From assembly GCA_965197965.1 (NCBI GenBank), contig OZ240235.1, forward strand, positions 90,621 through 154,620: 64,000 nucleotides of DNA, written 5' to 3'. The position numbers were made by a program, and so were the translations under genes. Positions 25,701 to 35,325 of this stretch are shown here, in pieces. Within the stretch, counting starts at the first letter, position 1; each line of letters opens with the position of its first letter. The notes beneath the pieces are model-generated. The model was not told the DNA's origin. It searched no databases and was given only the letters and a program-made list of their open reading frames with translations. This stretch comes from Dehalococcoidia bacterium. Its GTDB lineage: Bacteria; Chloroflexota; Dehalococcoidia; Lucifugimonadales; QGNO01.

Positions 25701-25984
25701 CAGGATTGCTTTGCGGAGTTCGCAATGACGGGAAGGACACGCGGGCATGACGAGGAGGGCGTGCTGAAATACGGGGCGGGGGTTTGCGGGCGGGCGGCCT
25801 GGGATTCTTCACTCCGCTGTGCTCCGTTCAGAATGACACTGTCGCGCCGCCGGATTGCTTTGCTGCGCTCGCAATGACGGAAGGGGGCGCCCTCACCCGC
25901 CGCTTTGCGCCGACCTCTCCCAGAGGGAGAGGTGTAGAGCCGTCCCCCGGCCGCCGGATTGCTTCGCTGCGCTCGCAATGACGA
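25701..25984. repeat. densest REP-like cluster (four GGATT-type units plus a CCTCTCCC/GGGAGAGG hairpin)
   Basis: Units at 25701-25732, 25799-25839, 25852-25879 (GGATTGCTTTGCTGCGCTCGCAATGACG) and 25953-25984. Irregular spacing. Confidence 0.75.
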
Positions 25985-25995
25985 GAAGGGCGGGG

Positions 25996-27717
25996 CTACA
26001 TCCCCAACCAAGCGCCCCATTGGCTCTGAAGCCGGTCGGGGTCTAGGGCGTCGTCCATGATTACGTCTACCACGGTTGGCCTGTTGCTGTTCACCGCACT
26101 GAGGAGGGCGGGCCCCAGGTCGTTGGGGTTCTCCACGCGGGTGCCTTCTATATTGAAAGCGGCAGCCATCTTCACGAAATCAAGGGGCAGCTTGTAAAAG
26201 TCCATGCCGAGGTAGTCGCTCTGGCGCTCGGAGCCGGTGAGGTACCGGGTCATACCCTCCCTGAGCACCTTGTAGCTACTGTTGTTGCAGAATACGTAGG
26301 TCACCGGGATGTCGTAAGCGGCCGCTGTCCACAGAGCCTGGATGGTGTACATGGCCGTGCCATCGCCAATTACGGCCACCACTGGCCTATCCGGAGAGGC
26401 CAGCTTCATGCCCAGCGCCGCGCCCATGGCGGAACCCAGGCTTCCGCCTCGTTGTGCGAACAGGGAGCCGGGCTCGTCGAAGTCTATGGCGTTCATGAGG
26501 ACGCCGCGGGTTGTGATGGAGTCGTCGCAGTAGATGAAGCTGGGAGGCAATGCTCGGGCCACCTCGACGGCAAACCGCTCCGAGGAGATGGGTACGTTGT
26601 CCCATTTTTCGTTGACCCTGGCTTGAAACGCCTGGGCAGCGGTGTGCTTCTGGGCGGCGATAGCCTTGCCCCTAGCCCTGGCCTCTTCCTTTGCGGGGCC
26701 TGACATGGTGTTGTCCAAGGCGTCCGCTATCTCCTCCAAACCGGCACTTATATCGCTGAGCACTCCCACCGCCACCGGATACGATCGCTGAATGGCCCAG
26801 GCGCTGCTATCCAGATGGACCAGCTTGGGTGAGCCGCTGAACGGCCTCTCAGGGGTAGGGATGAACTGGATCAGCGCGTCGATGCCGATGGCTACCACGG
26901 CGTCGGACTCGTCCAGTCGCTTCTTCATGCGATGGTCGAACCAGCTTGTTTCGAATGTGCCCAGATAGTGTGGGTGAGAGGTGGGGACGTGCACCTCTGA
27001 CAGGGTTGTGGGGGCGTACACGGGCGCTCCTATCTGCTCGGCGAGCCTGGCAACCAGAAGGGGCGCCCCCGGCGATTGCGATACCCTGTCCCCGACGAGG
27101 ATAAGGGGATCGCTGGCTTGTGCGAGCATGTTTGCCGCTTCCTCTACGGCTCTAGTGTCGGGCCGCAACCGGAAATAGCCGCCTACCGACGGCTCTATAT
27201 CGACGTCGGCCTCTCCGTTCATGGCGTCCCAGGCCAGTGATACGAATACGGGGCCCGTGGGTGGGGTGCTTGCTATCTTGAAGGCTCTTCTGATGATGGA
27301 GGGCACGTCCCAGGGGTGAGTGACCTCTCCCGCCCATTTTGTATACTCTCGCATCACGTTGACCATGTTGGAGTGAAGGGTAGGGGAATGCAGATGAAAG
27401 CTGGAATCGGCCTGTCCGGCGGTGATCACCATGGGAGTGCCGCCCCGCCATGCGTTGTAGACCACCGCGATGGCGTTAGCCACTCCGACCGAGATGTGCA
27501 GGTTGACGAAAGAGGGTTTCTGGGTCACTCTGGCGTATCCGTCCGCCATGCCTGCGGCTACGCCTTCAAACAGTGTGGTGACGTATTGCAGGTCTGGAGC
27601 GTCCTGGAGTGCGTCCATGAGAGGCAACTCCGTGGTGCCGGGATTACCGAAGATGTACTTCACGCCCTCGGCGCGCAGCATTTCAACCAAGGCGCGTTTT
27701 CCCGTCATGCGGGTCAT
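25996..27717 (-). CDS. thiamine-diphosphate-dependent enzyme (benzoylformate decarboxylase/acetolactate synthase-like)
   Basis: YIFGNPGTTELPLMDAL N-terminal Pyr domain. GDGTAMYTIQALWTAA...NN ThDP-binding motif. Confidence 0.8.
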   Translation of the reverse strand: MTRMTGKRALVEMLRAEGVKYIFGNPGTTELPLMDALQDAPDLQYVTTLFEGVAAGMADGYARVTQKPSFVNLHISVGVANAIAVVYNAWRGGTPMVITAGQADSSFHLHSPTLHSNMVNVMREYTKWAGEVTHPWDVPSIIRRAFKIASTPPTGPVFVSLAWDAMNGEADVDIEPSVGGYFRLRPDTRAVEEAANMLAQASDPLILVGDRVSQSPGAPLLVARLAEQIGAPVYAPTTLSEVHVPTSHPHYLGTFETSWFDHRMKKRLDESDAVVAIGIDALIQFIPTPERPFSGSPKLVHLDSSAWAIQRSYPVAVGVLSDISAGLEEIADALDNTMSGPAKEEARARGKAIAAQKHTAAQAFQARVNEKWDNVPISSERFAVEVARALPPSFIYCDDSITTRGVLMNAIDFDEPGSLFAQRGGSLGSAMGAALGMKLASPDRPVVAVIGDGTAMYTIQALWTAAAYDIPVTYVFCNNSSYKVLREGMTRYLTGSERQSDYLGMDFYKLPLDFVKMAAAFNIEGTRVENPNDLGPALLSAVNSNRPTVVDVIMDDALDPDRLQSQWGAWLGM

Positions 27718-27728
27718 GGTCTCCTCCC

Positions 27729-28808
27729 TTACTGGCTTGGGTCGAAAGGCACGGAGTACTCCTTGCTCAGCTCAAGCAGCTCCTGGAACACCTCTGTGCT
27801 GAGAGGGACGCCTTCCCGTTCACGTTGCTCCTTCAGCCGGAACTCCGGTTCCCCGGCAACGTAGATGCGTTCCACACCGGGCGCCCGTTCGGACGATCTA
27901 ATCTGGTCGACAAGTCTGGCCATTCTGTCGTGGAACTCCGTCAGTGGCATGAAACGCTGGATATCGACGGCGATGTAGGCGCCGTTGGCGATGATGGGGT
28001 CTTGTCCAAAGACCTTGAGCTGCGGCACGTCCCTGGCAAAGAGGCCGCCCGAGAGTACGCCACCCAGGATCTCTATCGCGGTGGCGATTCCGAAGCCCTT
28101 GTATCCTCCCGCCCACTGCAGCACTCCATGCTCCAGCACTTCGTTGGGGTCGCTGGTGGGTTCTCCGTGGCGGTCCAGTCCCCAGTCCAAGGGTATGGGC
28201 GTTCCTTTCTTGGCGGCGAGCCTTAATTTACCGGCCGCCACCATGGTCGTTGCCATGTCCAGGACGACCGGATCGCTTTCTGTGGGGATGGCTATGCTGA
28301 ACGGATTGGTGCCGTGGGTGGGGGTGAGGCCGCCAAACGGCGGCACAATGCCCGCTCCGTTGTTCATGGCGATGCCTATCATGTCTTGGGAAGCCGCCGA
28401 CATGGTGTAGAAGCCGATCATGCCGGTGTGGCTAAGGTTGCGCGCCGTTACTATGGACACCCCGAACTGCCGCGCCTTTTGAATCGCGATGGCCATACCC
28501 TGTCTTGCTCCCAACATGCCAAAGCCGTGATCGCCGTCCAGCGCAGCGGTTGCGCCGGAGTCCTGGACGACACGGACCGCGGGACGCGGGTTGAGCACGC
28601 CTTTGTGAATCATGCTGACGTACCCGGAGAGACGCGTGACTCCGTGAGAATCTACACCGCGAAGGTCTGCCTCTACCAGAACCTCCGCCACGAAAGCAGC
28701 GTCCTCTTGGGGCACGCCCTGCTTATGGAGTATCGCCGCCGCAAAGGGACGCAGCTTCTGAGAAGAAACGTGGTTGACTTCCATAGGTGCTCCGCTTGAT
28801 TCCGTCAT
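27729..28808 (-). CDS. Ldh2-family (malate/L-lactate/ureidoglycolate-type) dehydrogenase
   Basis: VEADLRGVDSHGVTRL and NPFSIAIP motifs of PF02615. Confidence 0.8.
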   Translation of the reverse strand: MTESSGAPMEVNHVSSQKLRPFAAAILHKQGVPQEDAAFVAEVLVEADLRGVDSHGVTRLSGYVSMIHKGVLNPRPAVRVVQDSGATAALDGDHGFGMLGARQGMAIAIQKARQFGVSIVTARNLSHTGMIGFYTMSAASQDMIGIAMNNGAGIVPPFGGLTPTHGTNPFSIAIPTESDPVVLDMATTMVAAGKLRLAAKKGTPIPLDWGLDRHGEPTSDPNEVLEHGVLQWAGGYKGFGIATAIEILGGVLSGGLFARDVPQLKVFGQDPIIANGAYIAVDIQRFMPLTEFHDRMARLVDQIRSSERAPGVERIYVAGEPEFRLKEQREREGVPLSTEVFQELLELSKEYSVPFDPSQ

Positions 28809-28821
28809 TGCGCGCGGTTTG

Positions 28822-29868
28822 TTAAAGTCCTGCTATCGAGAGGACTCGCTCGACGTTTTCCGGCGCCGGTTGCAACTGCCCGGCCTCTATCTGTTTGATA
28901 ACTTGAACCGTAGCCGCATTTACCGGGGTGGAAACGCCGGCCTCACGGCTTTTGGACACAATGTACCCGTTCATCTGCTCTATTTCAGTCTTTCTGCCCT
29001 TGATGACATCCTGCGCCATGGAGGAACGCCATTCCGGCCCGCTGGCCCGGGAAGCCATCCAGGCGTCCAGCTCTTCGTAGATATCGCCCTGGTCTGCGTT
29101 TGCCCACATCTCCGGTTCAAACCCGTGCACCTTCTCTATGCTGTAGTCTAGAGCAAGGCCAACCTGCACACACTCCTTGGCAAGCTGGGCATAGACTAGG
29201 CGGGCGCGGCTGTCCCTGGCAAGCCCTTGCGAGCCGAGGCCGGTCAGAGCCTGGAGCGGGTTGGTGGCGATGTTCAGCGCCAGCTTGGACCAGCGTTCCC
29301 CCCATATGTTAGGCGTTGCAAATGAGCCGTCCACGCTTCCCATTATCTCGGCCAGCTTTTCCGCGCGTGGCGTAACATGGCCGTTAAGCTCGCCGACCCG
29401 GAAGGAGTAGCGCTCCTTGTCCGCGGGCTCTTTCCTGCGTTGAACGTGCCCAGGCTCCCAGAGCTGCACGGCATAGTCGCAGAGCACGCACGGTATCACC
29501 CTCTGATATCCCACTATGGAGCCAATAAGCTGATCGTTCATGCAGTTCTGCGCCGATACTACGTAACCGTTGGGGGTGAGTAATCTCTTGACAAAGTGAG
29601 CGCCCCATTCGGTGTCGTACGACTTGAGGGAGAGGATGACGATGTCAAATGGGTCATGTATCCCCTGGACATCCGTCAGATGCAGGGCGTTTACGGGAAC
29701 GGTGAAATCGTCAGGGAAGCCGGAGACTCTGAGGCCGTGCTCTCTCATACGGTCGACGTGGTCACCCCAGATGTCTATGAGGGTGGGATTGTATCCAGCC
29801 CTGGTTAGATGTCCGCCGATGTAGCTGCCCACCGCGCCGGCGCCGACTATTGCGATGCGTTGTCCCAT
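28822..29868 (-). CDS. ketopantoate reductase (PanE/ApbA) family oxidoreductase
   Basis: RIAIVGAGAVGSYIGGHL N-terminus and C-terminal ApbA-like domain. AGGAGGG RBS. Confidence 0.75.
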   Translation of the reverse strand: MGQRIAIVGAGAVGSYIGGHLTRAGYNPTLIDIWGDHVDRMREHGLRVSGFPDDFTVPVNALHLTDVQGIHDPFDIVILSLKSYDTEWGAHFVKRLLTPNGYVVSAQNCMNDQLIGSIVGYQRVIPCVLCDYAVQLWEPGHVQRRKEPADKERYSFRVGELNGHVTPRAEKLAEIMGSVDGSFATPNIWGERWSKLALNIATNPLQALTGLGSQGLARDSRARLVYAQLAKECVQVGLALDYSIEKVHGFEPEMWANADQGDIYEELDAWMASRASGPEWRSSMAQDVIKGRKTEIEQMNGYIVSKSREAGVSTPVNAATVQVIKQIEAGQLQPAPENVERVLSIAGL

Positions 29869-29957
29869 TAGGCCCTCCTGAATGCGAGCACATGGTATGC
29901 AGGTATGAGGGAGCGGTCAAGCTGGGCAAGCGGGCAGGGGGACAGCCGCGCCGCCAC

Positions 29958-30122
29958 TAGATTGCTTCGCTGGGTTCACAATGACGCTGCGCCCCGCCGC
30001 CCTGGGTTCCTGCCTCCGCAGGAACGACGAATGGGGCCCCAGGGCAACCACGAGGGTTGCCCCTACAATGTTTCTGCTCCCGCGCTTGGGTTCCCGCCTT
30101 CGCGGGAGCGACGAATGAGGGG
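29958..30122. repeat. REP-like cluster (three units plus accessory hairpins)
   Basis: TAGATTGCTTCGCTGGGTTCACAATGACGC at 29958-29987. CCTGGGTTCCTGCCTCCGCAGGAACGACGAATGGGG at 30001-30036. CTTGGGTTCCCGCCTTCGCGGGAGCGACGAATGAGGGG at 30085-30122. Confidence 0.75.
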
Positions 30123-30194
30123 TGTGGGTCTGCGTCCGGACGGTGTTGGTCACCCCCATCTCAATCTTTCCCCGTCAAGGGGAAGAGGTTTGGA

Positions 30195-31313
30195 TCACCG
30201 GTCGCGGGCGGTGTGGTGGTAGGTATCCACAACGTCTCCGGATCCGTTCACGGCCAGGGACGAGGGGTACTTGAACGTGGTCATGCAGGCGTGGCCCGGC
30301 GAAGCAAGGAAGAAGTCGCCGATTTCCAGATTCTCGCCGTTTAGCTTGACTACACCGTGCTCCTCGGTTTGGCCCACCAGCTCAGCTTCCGCTTTGCCCA
30401 TGATCTTGAACCGGTTGGACATTGGAGGATCATGGCTTACGCCCTTCTGGCCGATGTCGACAGTGACCGTATCCCATTCCTTCTGGGCGTCTACGACCTG
30501 TCCCAGGATGGCACTCGCTTTCTTGAAGCTGAGTTCGGTCATTACCGAGTTGACCAGATCGAAGTAGATCCAGTTGCCCGGCGATACTCTAATGCCTTCC
30601 TCTTCCGCGTAAAAGCTAAACGACCAAGAGCCTCCGGCTATGACGTCTGGGACATCCAGTCCTTGTCGTGCCGCGTTGCTCTTGATGGCGTATATCTTCT
30701 CGAGGTTTCCTTGCACCACTGCCCGGCGCGGGCCGGGCTCCGCGGTATCTCCGGCGTGTCCGTCGTAGGCGTGTATGCCAGCAGCTGTAAGACCCGGAGA
30801 GCGGGCTATCTGAAGATAGAGTTGGTCCGCCGTTTCGCCGGCTTGAATCCCCGTACCGTGCTCGCTGCCCACCTCCACGTCCATATAGACGGACAGGTCT
30901 TGATTGTGCCGAACGGCGGCATCGGACAGGATTTCGACGTGCTTGGGGTCGCCTGCAATGACGCTGATACTCGCCGTGGGATAACTTTGCTTCAAAGCCA
31001 TGAGACGCTCCAGCTTGGCGGGATGCGGTATGGGAAAGGCGATAACGATTTCCTTGCCCCCGGCACCGGCTACCATTTCCGCTTCGCTCAGTGTGGCGCA
31101 CTTGAAGGCGACCATGCCAGCCTCCAACTGCATGCGCAGGACCTGAGGGGATTTGTGCGTCTTGACGTGCGGCACTATCTTCTGAGGAGAGCCGCACAAT
31201 CGAATTACTTCTGCAATGTTGTATTCGACCATGTCTTGGAATACCAGCATGGCCGGCGTCTCGACGGCTTCGGGATTATTTAGCTTGTATTCGCCTGCTT
31301 CAATTGCGCCCAT
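30195..31313 (-). CDS. D-threonine aldolase / D-serine dehydratase-like PLP enzyme (alanine racemase N-terminal fold)
   Basis: PHVKTHKSP PLP-lysine motif and a C-terminal D-serine-dehydratase-like domain. Confidence 0.7.
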   Translation of the reverse strand: MGAIEAGEYKLNNPEAVETPAMLVFQDMVEYNIAEVIRLCGSPQKIVPHVKTHKSPQVLRMQLEAGMVAFKCATLSEAEMVAGAGGKEIVIAFPIPHPAKLERLMALKQSYPTASISVIAGDPKHVEILSDAAVRHNQDLSVYMDVEVGSEHGTGIQAGETADQLYLQIARSPGLTAAGIHAYDGHAGDTAEPGPRRAVVQGNLEKIYAIKSNAARQGLDVPDVIAGGSWSFSFYAEEEGIRVSPGNWIYFDLVNSVMTELSFKKASAILGQVVDAQKEWDTVTVDIGQKGVSHDPPMSNRFKIMGKAEAELVGQTEEHGVVKLNGENLEIGDFFLASPGHACMTTFKYPSSLAVNGSGDVVDTYHHTARDR

Positions 31314-31322
31314 TTCACTGTG

Positions 31323-31619
31323 TCAAACGTCTTCGCCCTGGATGGCCCGCTCCTTTTCGCCTTCGGCCAGGGCTCTAACCACGCAAATCGTGGCGTTTTG
31401 CTGTTCCTCTAGCTGCTTGAACACGCTCATGGCCTGTTCTTCGGTGCGCCCTTCGTAGGTGAGGTGCAAGTCGGCGTCCCCCTCCGTCCAGTAGATGTGG
31501 AGGAAGCGCCCTCCGCCGCCAACCGTCTCCGCTATGGATCGGGCCGCCCTACCGGCTTCCAGCTGCTGTTCTCCACTGCGGTCGTCGTTGAACTTCAAAA
31601 GGCCTGTATACGTGGACAT
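31323..31619 (-). CDS. GYD domain protein
   Basis: MSTYTGLLKFND...YWTEGDADL...VVRAL follows the GYD-family pattern. Confidence 0.65.
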   Translation of the reverse strand: MSTYTGLLKFNDDRSGEQQLEAGRAARSIAETVGGGGRFLHIYWTEGDADLHLTYEGRTEEQAMSVFKQLEEQQNATICVVRALAEGEKERAIQGEDV

Positions 31620-31653
31620 GATCCCTCCTGGGTTATGTGATGTTTAGCCGTCT

Positions 31654-32808
31654 CTAGGCCAGCGCCTCAATTCTGCGGCAGGCTTCTTCCAAGTCCTCAT
31701 CCGTCTTTGCGTAGCAGAAGCGCATGAGGTTGTCTCCGTCCGAGCCGTGGTAGAAGGCGCTTCCCGCCACCCCTGCCACGCCGGTCTCCCGGAGCAGGTG
31801 CATGGCCTTGTCTCTACCCGTATCCCCCGGAAGCCGGGATACATCCGCCAAAACGTAGTAAGAGCCCTGGGGCGGGTAGGGGGCCAAGCCTGCTTTGGAC
31901 AGAGCGTTGCATATCTTGTCCCGTTTGACCTTGAAGTCAGTGACAATGTTGGAGTAGTACTCGGGCGAAAGCTCTTCCAGGCCTCTTGCCACGCCAAGTT
32001 GAAGCGGCGCTGGAGCGCACACGTAGACCAGGTCGTTCATATACCCGATGATCTGCGCCCACTTTGCATCGCTCACCGCGTATCCAATCCTCCAGCCCGT
32101 GATGCTGAAGACCTTGGAAGCTCCGGATATGGTAATAGTGCGTTCCGCCATGCCCGGCAGTGTAGCCGGACTTATGTGCGTTCTGCCATCGTAGACGAAA
32201 TGTTCGTAAATCTCGTCGGTTATGAGGAACAGGTCATTCTCTTGGACAACCTTGGCTATCCATTCCAGCTCGGTGCGGCTGTACACCTTGCCGGAGGGGT
32301 TGGAAGGGGTGTTGACAATGATGGCTTTGGTCCTGGGCGTGATGGCAGCTTTCAGGCGCTCCGGATCGAACGACCAGTCGGAAGGTGCGGTCGGGACATA
32401 GACGGGGACGGCGTCCATCGAGAGTAGGGTGTTCACGTGGTACTGGTAGTACGGTTCGAAGAGTATTACCTCGTCACCGGGGTCGAGCAGCGCCATGCAA
32501 GCGCTGTAGAATACTCCGGTAGAGCCAGTGCTCACTATGATCTGGCTTTCCGGGTCTACGTCCATGCCGTTGTAGTTGCGCATCTTATTGGCGATGGCGT
32601 ATCTGAGCCGGGGAAGCCCGTCATAGCGAGTGTATATGTTGAACCCATCTTCCACAGCCTGTTGCGCGCCCTGTCTCACGGGCAGGGGGACTTCCATATC
32701 GCAGACGCCTTGAGCAAGGTTGATTCCACCGACCCTGTTGCACTCGATGCTCATAGACCTGATCTCTGATTGGAATACCAATCTTGTTCTGGCGCTCAGT
32801 GAAGGCAT
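31654..32808 (-). CDS. class I/II PLP-dependent aminotransferase
   Basis: INLAQGVCD and SGASKVFSITGWRIGY (PLP lysine) motifs. ATG 32808 has an AAGGAG RBS; the track start 32883 is less likely. Confidence 0.85.
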   Translation of the reverse strand: MPSLSARTRLVFQSEIRSMSIECNRVGGINLAQGVCDMEVPLPVRQGAQQAVEDGFNIYTRYDGLPRLRYAIANKMRNYNGMDVDPESQIIVSTGSTGVFYSACMALLDPGDEVILFEPYYQYHVNTLLSMDAVPVYVPTAPSDWSFDPERLKAAITPRTKAIIVNTPSNPSGKVYSRTELEWIAKVVQENDLFLITDEIYEHFVYDGRTHISPATLPGMAERTITISGASKVFSITGWRIGYAVSDAKWAQIIGYMNDLVYVCAPAPLQLGVARGLEELSPEYYSNIVTDFKVKRDKICNALSKAGLAPYPPQGSYYVLADVSRLPGDTGRDKAMHLLRETGVAGVAGSAFYHGSDGDNLMRFCYAKTDEDLEEACRRIEALA

Positions 32809-32966
32809 ATAGCTCCTTGGACAAGTAACTTGCTGTATGATGTTACGCCTGTTATTGAAATGAAGCAAAGCATTAGGCTTCATCTTAACTGAACAGAGTG
32901 ATGCGGAGTGGCTTGACTGCTTAGAGAAACTAGGCCGTGCACCTTGATTAGGAGGGTTGACTCAAA

Positions 32967-34379
32967 ATGAAGATGTTCATAGGCGGCGAATGGGTAGACA
33001 AGCCTGAGAAGGCGGAAGTAATTAATCCATTCGACAATTCAGTGATAGATTCCGTGCCAAAAGCAGACCTGGAGGACGTGGAGACGGCTATATCCAGCGC
33101 GGTGCGAGGCTCCAAGGTCATGGCAAGAACACCGAGCTATCAGCGCTTTCTCTGGCTGCGAAGAGCTGCAGACCTCCTGGAAGAACGGTCGGAGGAGATG
33201 GCGCGGACCATTTCCATGGAGGAGGGCAAGATCCTGGCCGAGGGCCGGACGGAAGTTGCCCGTGCCGTGCAAACGATCAGCCTCTCCGGAGAAGAAGCGA
33301 AACGCATATACGGCGAGACTATACCTTTGGATGCCAACCCCAGCTGGACGGGCCAGATAGGATTCACCTTGCGCGTCCCGGTTGGCGTGGTGGTGGCCAT
33401 CAGCCCGTTCAATTTCCCTTTGAACCTGGTCGCGCACAAGGTGGCTCCGGCGCTGGCCGCGGGCAACTCCGTAATCATCAAGCCGGCCAGCGATACTCCT
33501 TTATCGGCCTTGAAACTGGTGGAGATTCTGCTCGATGCGGGCGTGCCGGCGGAAGCGGTGCAGTGCTTGACCGGCTCAGGCGGCACCTTGGGAGACGCCC
33601 TGGTAGCCGACCAACGAGTGCGCAAGATATCTTTTACGGGGAGCCGGGACATAGGCGATCACATAGCACGAGTGGCCGGTCTGAAGAAAATTACCATGGA
33701 GCTGGGTTCCATCTGCCCGTTGATTGTGATGCCCGACGCCGATATGACGAAGGTGGTGGCGGCCACAATATCAAGCGGATATGCCAATGCGGGACAGGCA
33801 TGCACTTCAGCACAACGCATAATCACCAGCAGGTCTCTCTACGCGAACTATTTGGACGCCCTGAAGGAAGCGGTAGAGGCCATGAAGGTGGGCGATCAAT
33901 TGGAGGAAGGCGTGGTGATGGGGCCGATGGTGCGCGAACAGGATGCGGCGCGGGTCAACCAGTGGGTCAGAGAGGCTCAAGCCGGAGGAGGCCGCGTCAT
34001 AGCCGGCGGCGACTATTCCAAGGCTGTGCACCAGCCCACGGTTGTGGCAGACGCCAGGCCTGAGATGCGAATCTCGTGTGACGAGCTGTTCGGCCCCGCG
34101 GTGGCGGTGACGCCGTTCACCGATATCGATGAAGCTATTGGCATGGCGAACGATACCAACTACGGGCTAAGCGCTGGGATATTCACCCAGAACGTAGATT
34201 GGGCGATGAAGTTCGCCAAAGAGGTTGAATTTGGGAACCTGATGATCAATCAAGGCCCCGGCTACCGTGCCGATCTGATGCCGTTTGGCGGACTGAAGGA
34301 GAGCGGCCTGGGCAAGGAAGGGCCCAAGTACGCCGTGGAAGAGATGACCGAGGTCAAAATGGTGGCCTATCACCCATAA
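32967..34379 (+). CDS. aldehyde dehydrogenase family protein
   Basis: FPLNLVAHKVAPALAAGN, ELGS (general-base Glu; ELGG in most members) and GQACTSAQR catalytic-Cys region. Confidence 0.9.
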   Translation: MKMFIGGEWVDKPEKAEVINPFDNSVIDSVPKADLEDVETAISSAVRGSKVMARTPSYQRFLWLRRAADLLEERSEEMARTISMEEGKILAEGRTEVARAVQTISLSGEEAKRIYGETIPLDANPSWTGQIGFTLRVPVGVVVAISPFNFPLNLVAHKVAPALAAGNSVIIKPASDTPLSALKLVEILLDAGVPAEAVQCLTGSGGTLGDALVADQRVRKISFTGSRDIGDHIARVAGLKKITMELGSICPLIVMPDADMTKVVAATISSGYANAGQACTSAQRIITSRSLYANYLDALKEAVEAMKVGDQLEEGVVMGPMVREQDAARVNQWVREAQAGGGRVIAGGDYSKAVHQPTVVADARPEMRISCDELFGPAVAVTPFTDIDEAIGMANDTNYGLSAGIFTQNVDWAMKFAKEVEFGNLMINQGPGYRADLMPFGGLKESGLGKEGPKYAVEEMTEVKMVAYHP

Positions 34380-34406
34380 ATAGCGGGTAGCAAACACAGA
34401 CTGGCA

Positions 34407-34503
34407 GCACGCGCTTGGATTCCCGTGTCAAGCACGAGAATGACGAAAGGGAAGGGAGGCGCTAGACGGCTGGCTTGTCAGTATGTCTCCAGCTATCTTG
34501 CGG
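34407..34503. repeat. direct-repeat copy 1: REP unit plus dead 3' end of the hydantoinase gene
   Basis: 97 bp, matching 35228-35325 (98 bp) at roughly 85-90% by hand alignment. The minus strand reads RKIAGDILTSQPSS; the live end reads RKIAGDILTRPAV*. Confidence 0.85.
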
Positions 34504-34520
34504 TAGAGTCGTTGGGATTG

Positions 34521-35231
34521 TCAGGACGGCAGCGCCTGCCGCGCCCTCTTGAAAATGTTGTCCAGCATAGGCTGAGTGAGTCTACCCGTCTGGGTGTTCT
34601 GGCGGCTGGGATGATAAGAGGCAATGAAGGTTAAGTTTGGAGCTAGCTTATATTCGAGTCCGTGACCGAATTTAGGCTTAGGGGAGGGGAGGGGGCGTTT
34701 AAGTGCCTTCCAGGCCTTGAGAAAGCTATCGAAGGCGATTTTGCCCAACGCTATGACCACTTCGACGTTCCTCAGAAGCTCTAGCTCGGCCAAAAGGTAA
34801 GGCTGACATCGCCTCAACTCCTCCGATTGGGGCTTATTGTCTGGCGGAGCACACCTCAAAGCCGCCGTGATGTACATATTCTTCACCACCAAGCCATCGC
34901 CTCTGTGGGTCGATAATGGTTGGTTGGTGAAATCATATTTGTACAGGGAGCGAAACAGCCATTCACCGCTACTATCTCCAGTGAACATACGTCCCGTCCG
35001 ATTGGAGCCATGGGCGCCAGGAGCCAGACCAAGAATCAATATCTTGGCCGATTCATCACCGAAGCCCGGAACAGGCCGGCCCCAGTAATCGCAGTGGCTG
35101 TACATGCGACGCTTCTTCCGGGCGATGGCCTGTCGGTGCTCCACCAATCGGGGACACTGAGCACATGAGATTATTCGTTGGTTCAGTTGCTGAAGGGTGA
35201 CCATTACAGGGTGTAGCTCCGTTGGCGGCAT
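34521..35231 (-). CDS. uracil-DNA glycosylase, family 5 (UdgB)-like
   Basis: GLAPGAHGSNRTGRMFTGDSSG motif and CAQCPRL Fe-S cysteines. Start uncertain: ATG 35231, ATG 35204, or the track's TTG 35252, which lies inside the REP unit. Confidence 0.8.
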   Translation of the reverse strand: MPPTELHPVMVTLQQLNQRIISCAQCPRLVEHRQAIARKKRRMYSHCDYWGRPVPGFGDESAKILILGLAPGAHGSNRTGRMFTGDSSGEWLFRSLYKYDFTNQPLSTHRGDGLVVKNMYITAALRCAPPDNKPQSEELRRCQPYLLAELELLRNVEVVIALGKIAFDSFLKAWKALKRPLPSPKPKFGHGLEYKLAPNLTFIASYHPSRQNTQTGRLTQPMLDNIFKRARQALPS

Positions 35232-35325
35232 GCGCCTGGATTCCCGTGTCAAGCACGAGAATGACGGAAGGGGAGGGGAGCGCTAGACAGCGGGTCTTGT
35301 GAGTATGTCTCCAGCTATCTTGCGG
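35228..35325. repeat. direct-repeat copy 2: REP unit plus live 3' end of the hydantoinase gene
   Basis: GGATTCCCGTGTCAAGCACGAGAATGACG at 35238-35266 is identical to 34417-34445. Confidence 0.85.

Noticed and set aside
25701-25984. Possible CRISPR array (repeated about 30-bp units)
   Set aside because: The units differ in sequence and the spacing is irregular (about 15-70 bp). The units are themselves hairpins with conserved flanks, the same family is scattered singly across the window, and no cas genes are present.
30357-31283. 308-aa + strand ORF
   Set aside because: Antisense to the D-threonine-aldolase-like gene, which carries the PLP-lysine motif. No features of its own.
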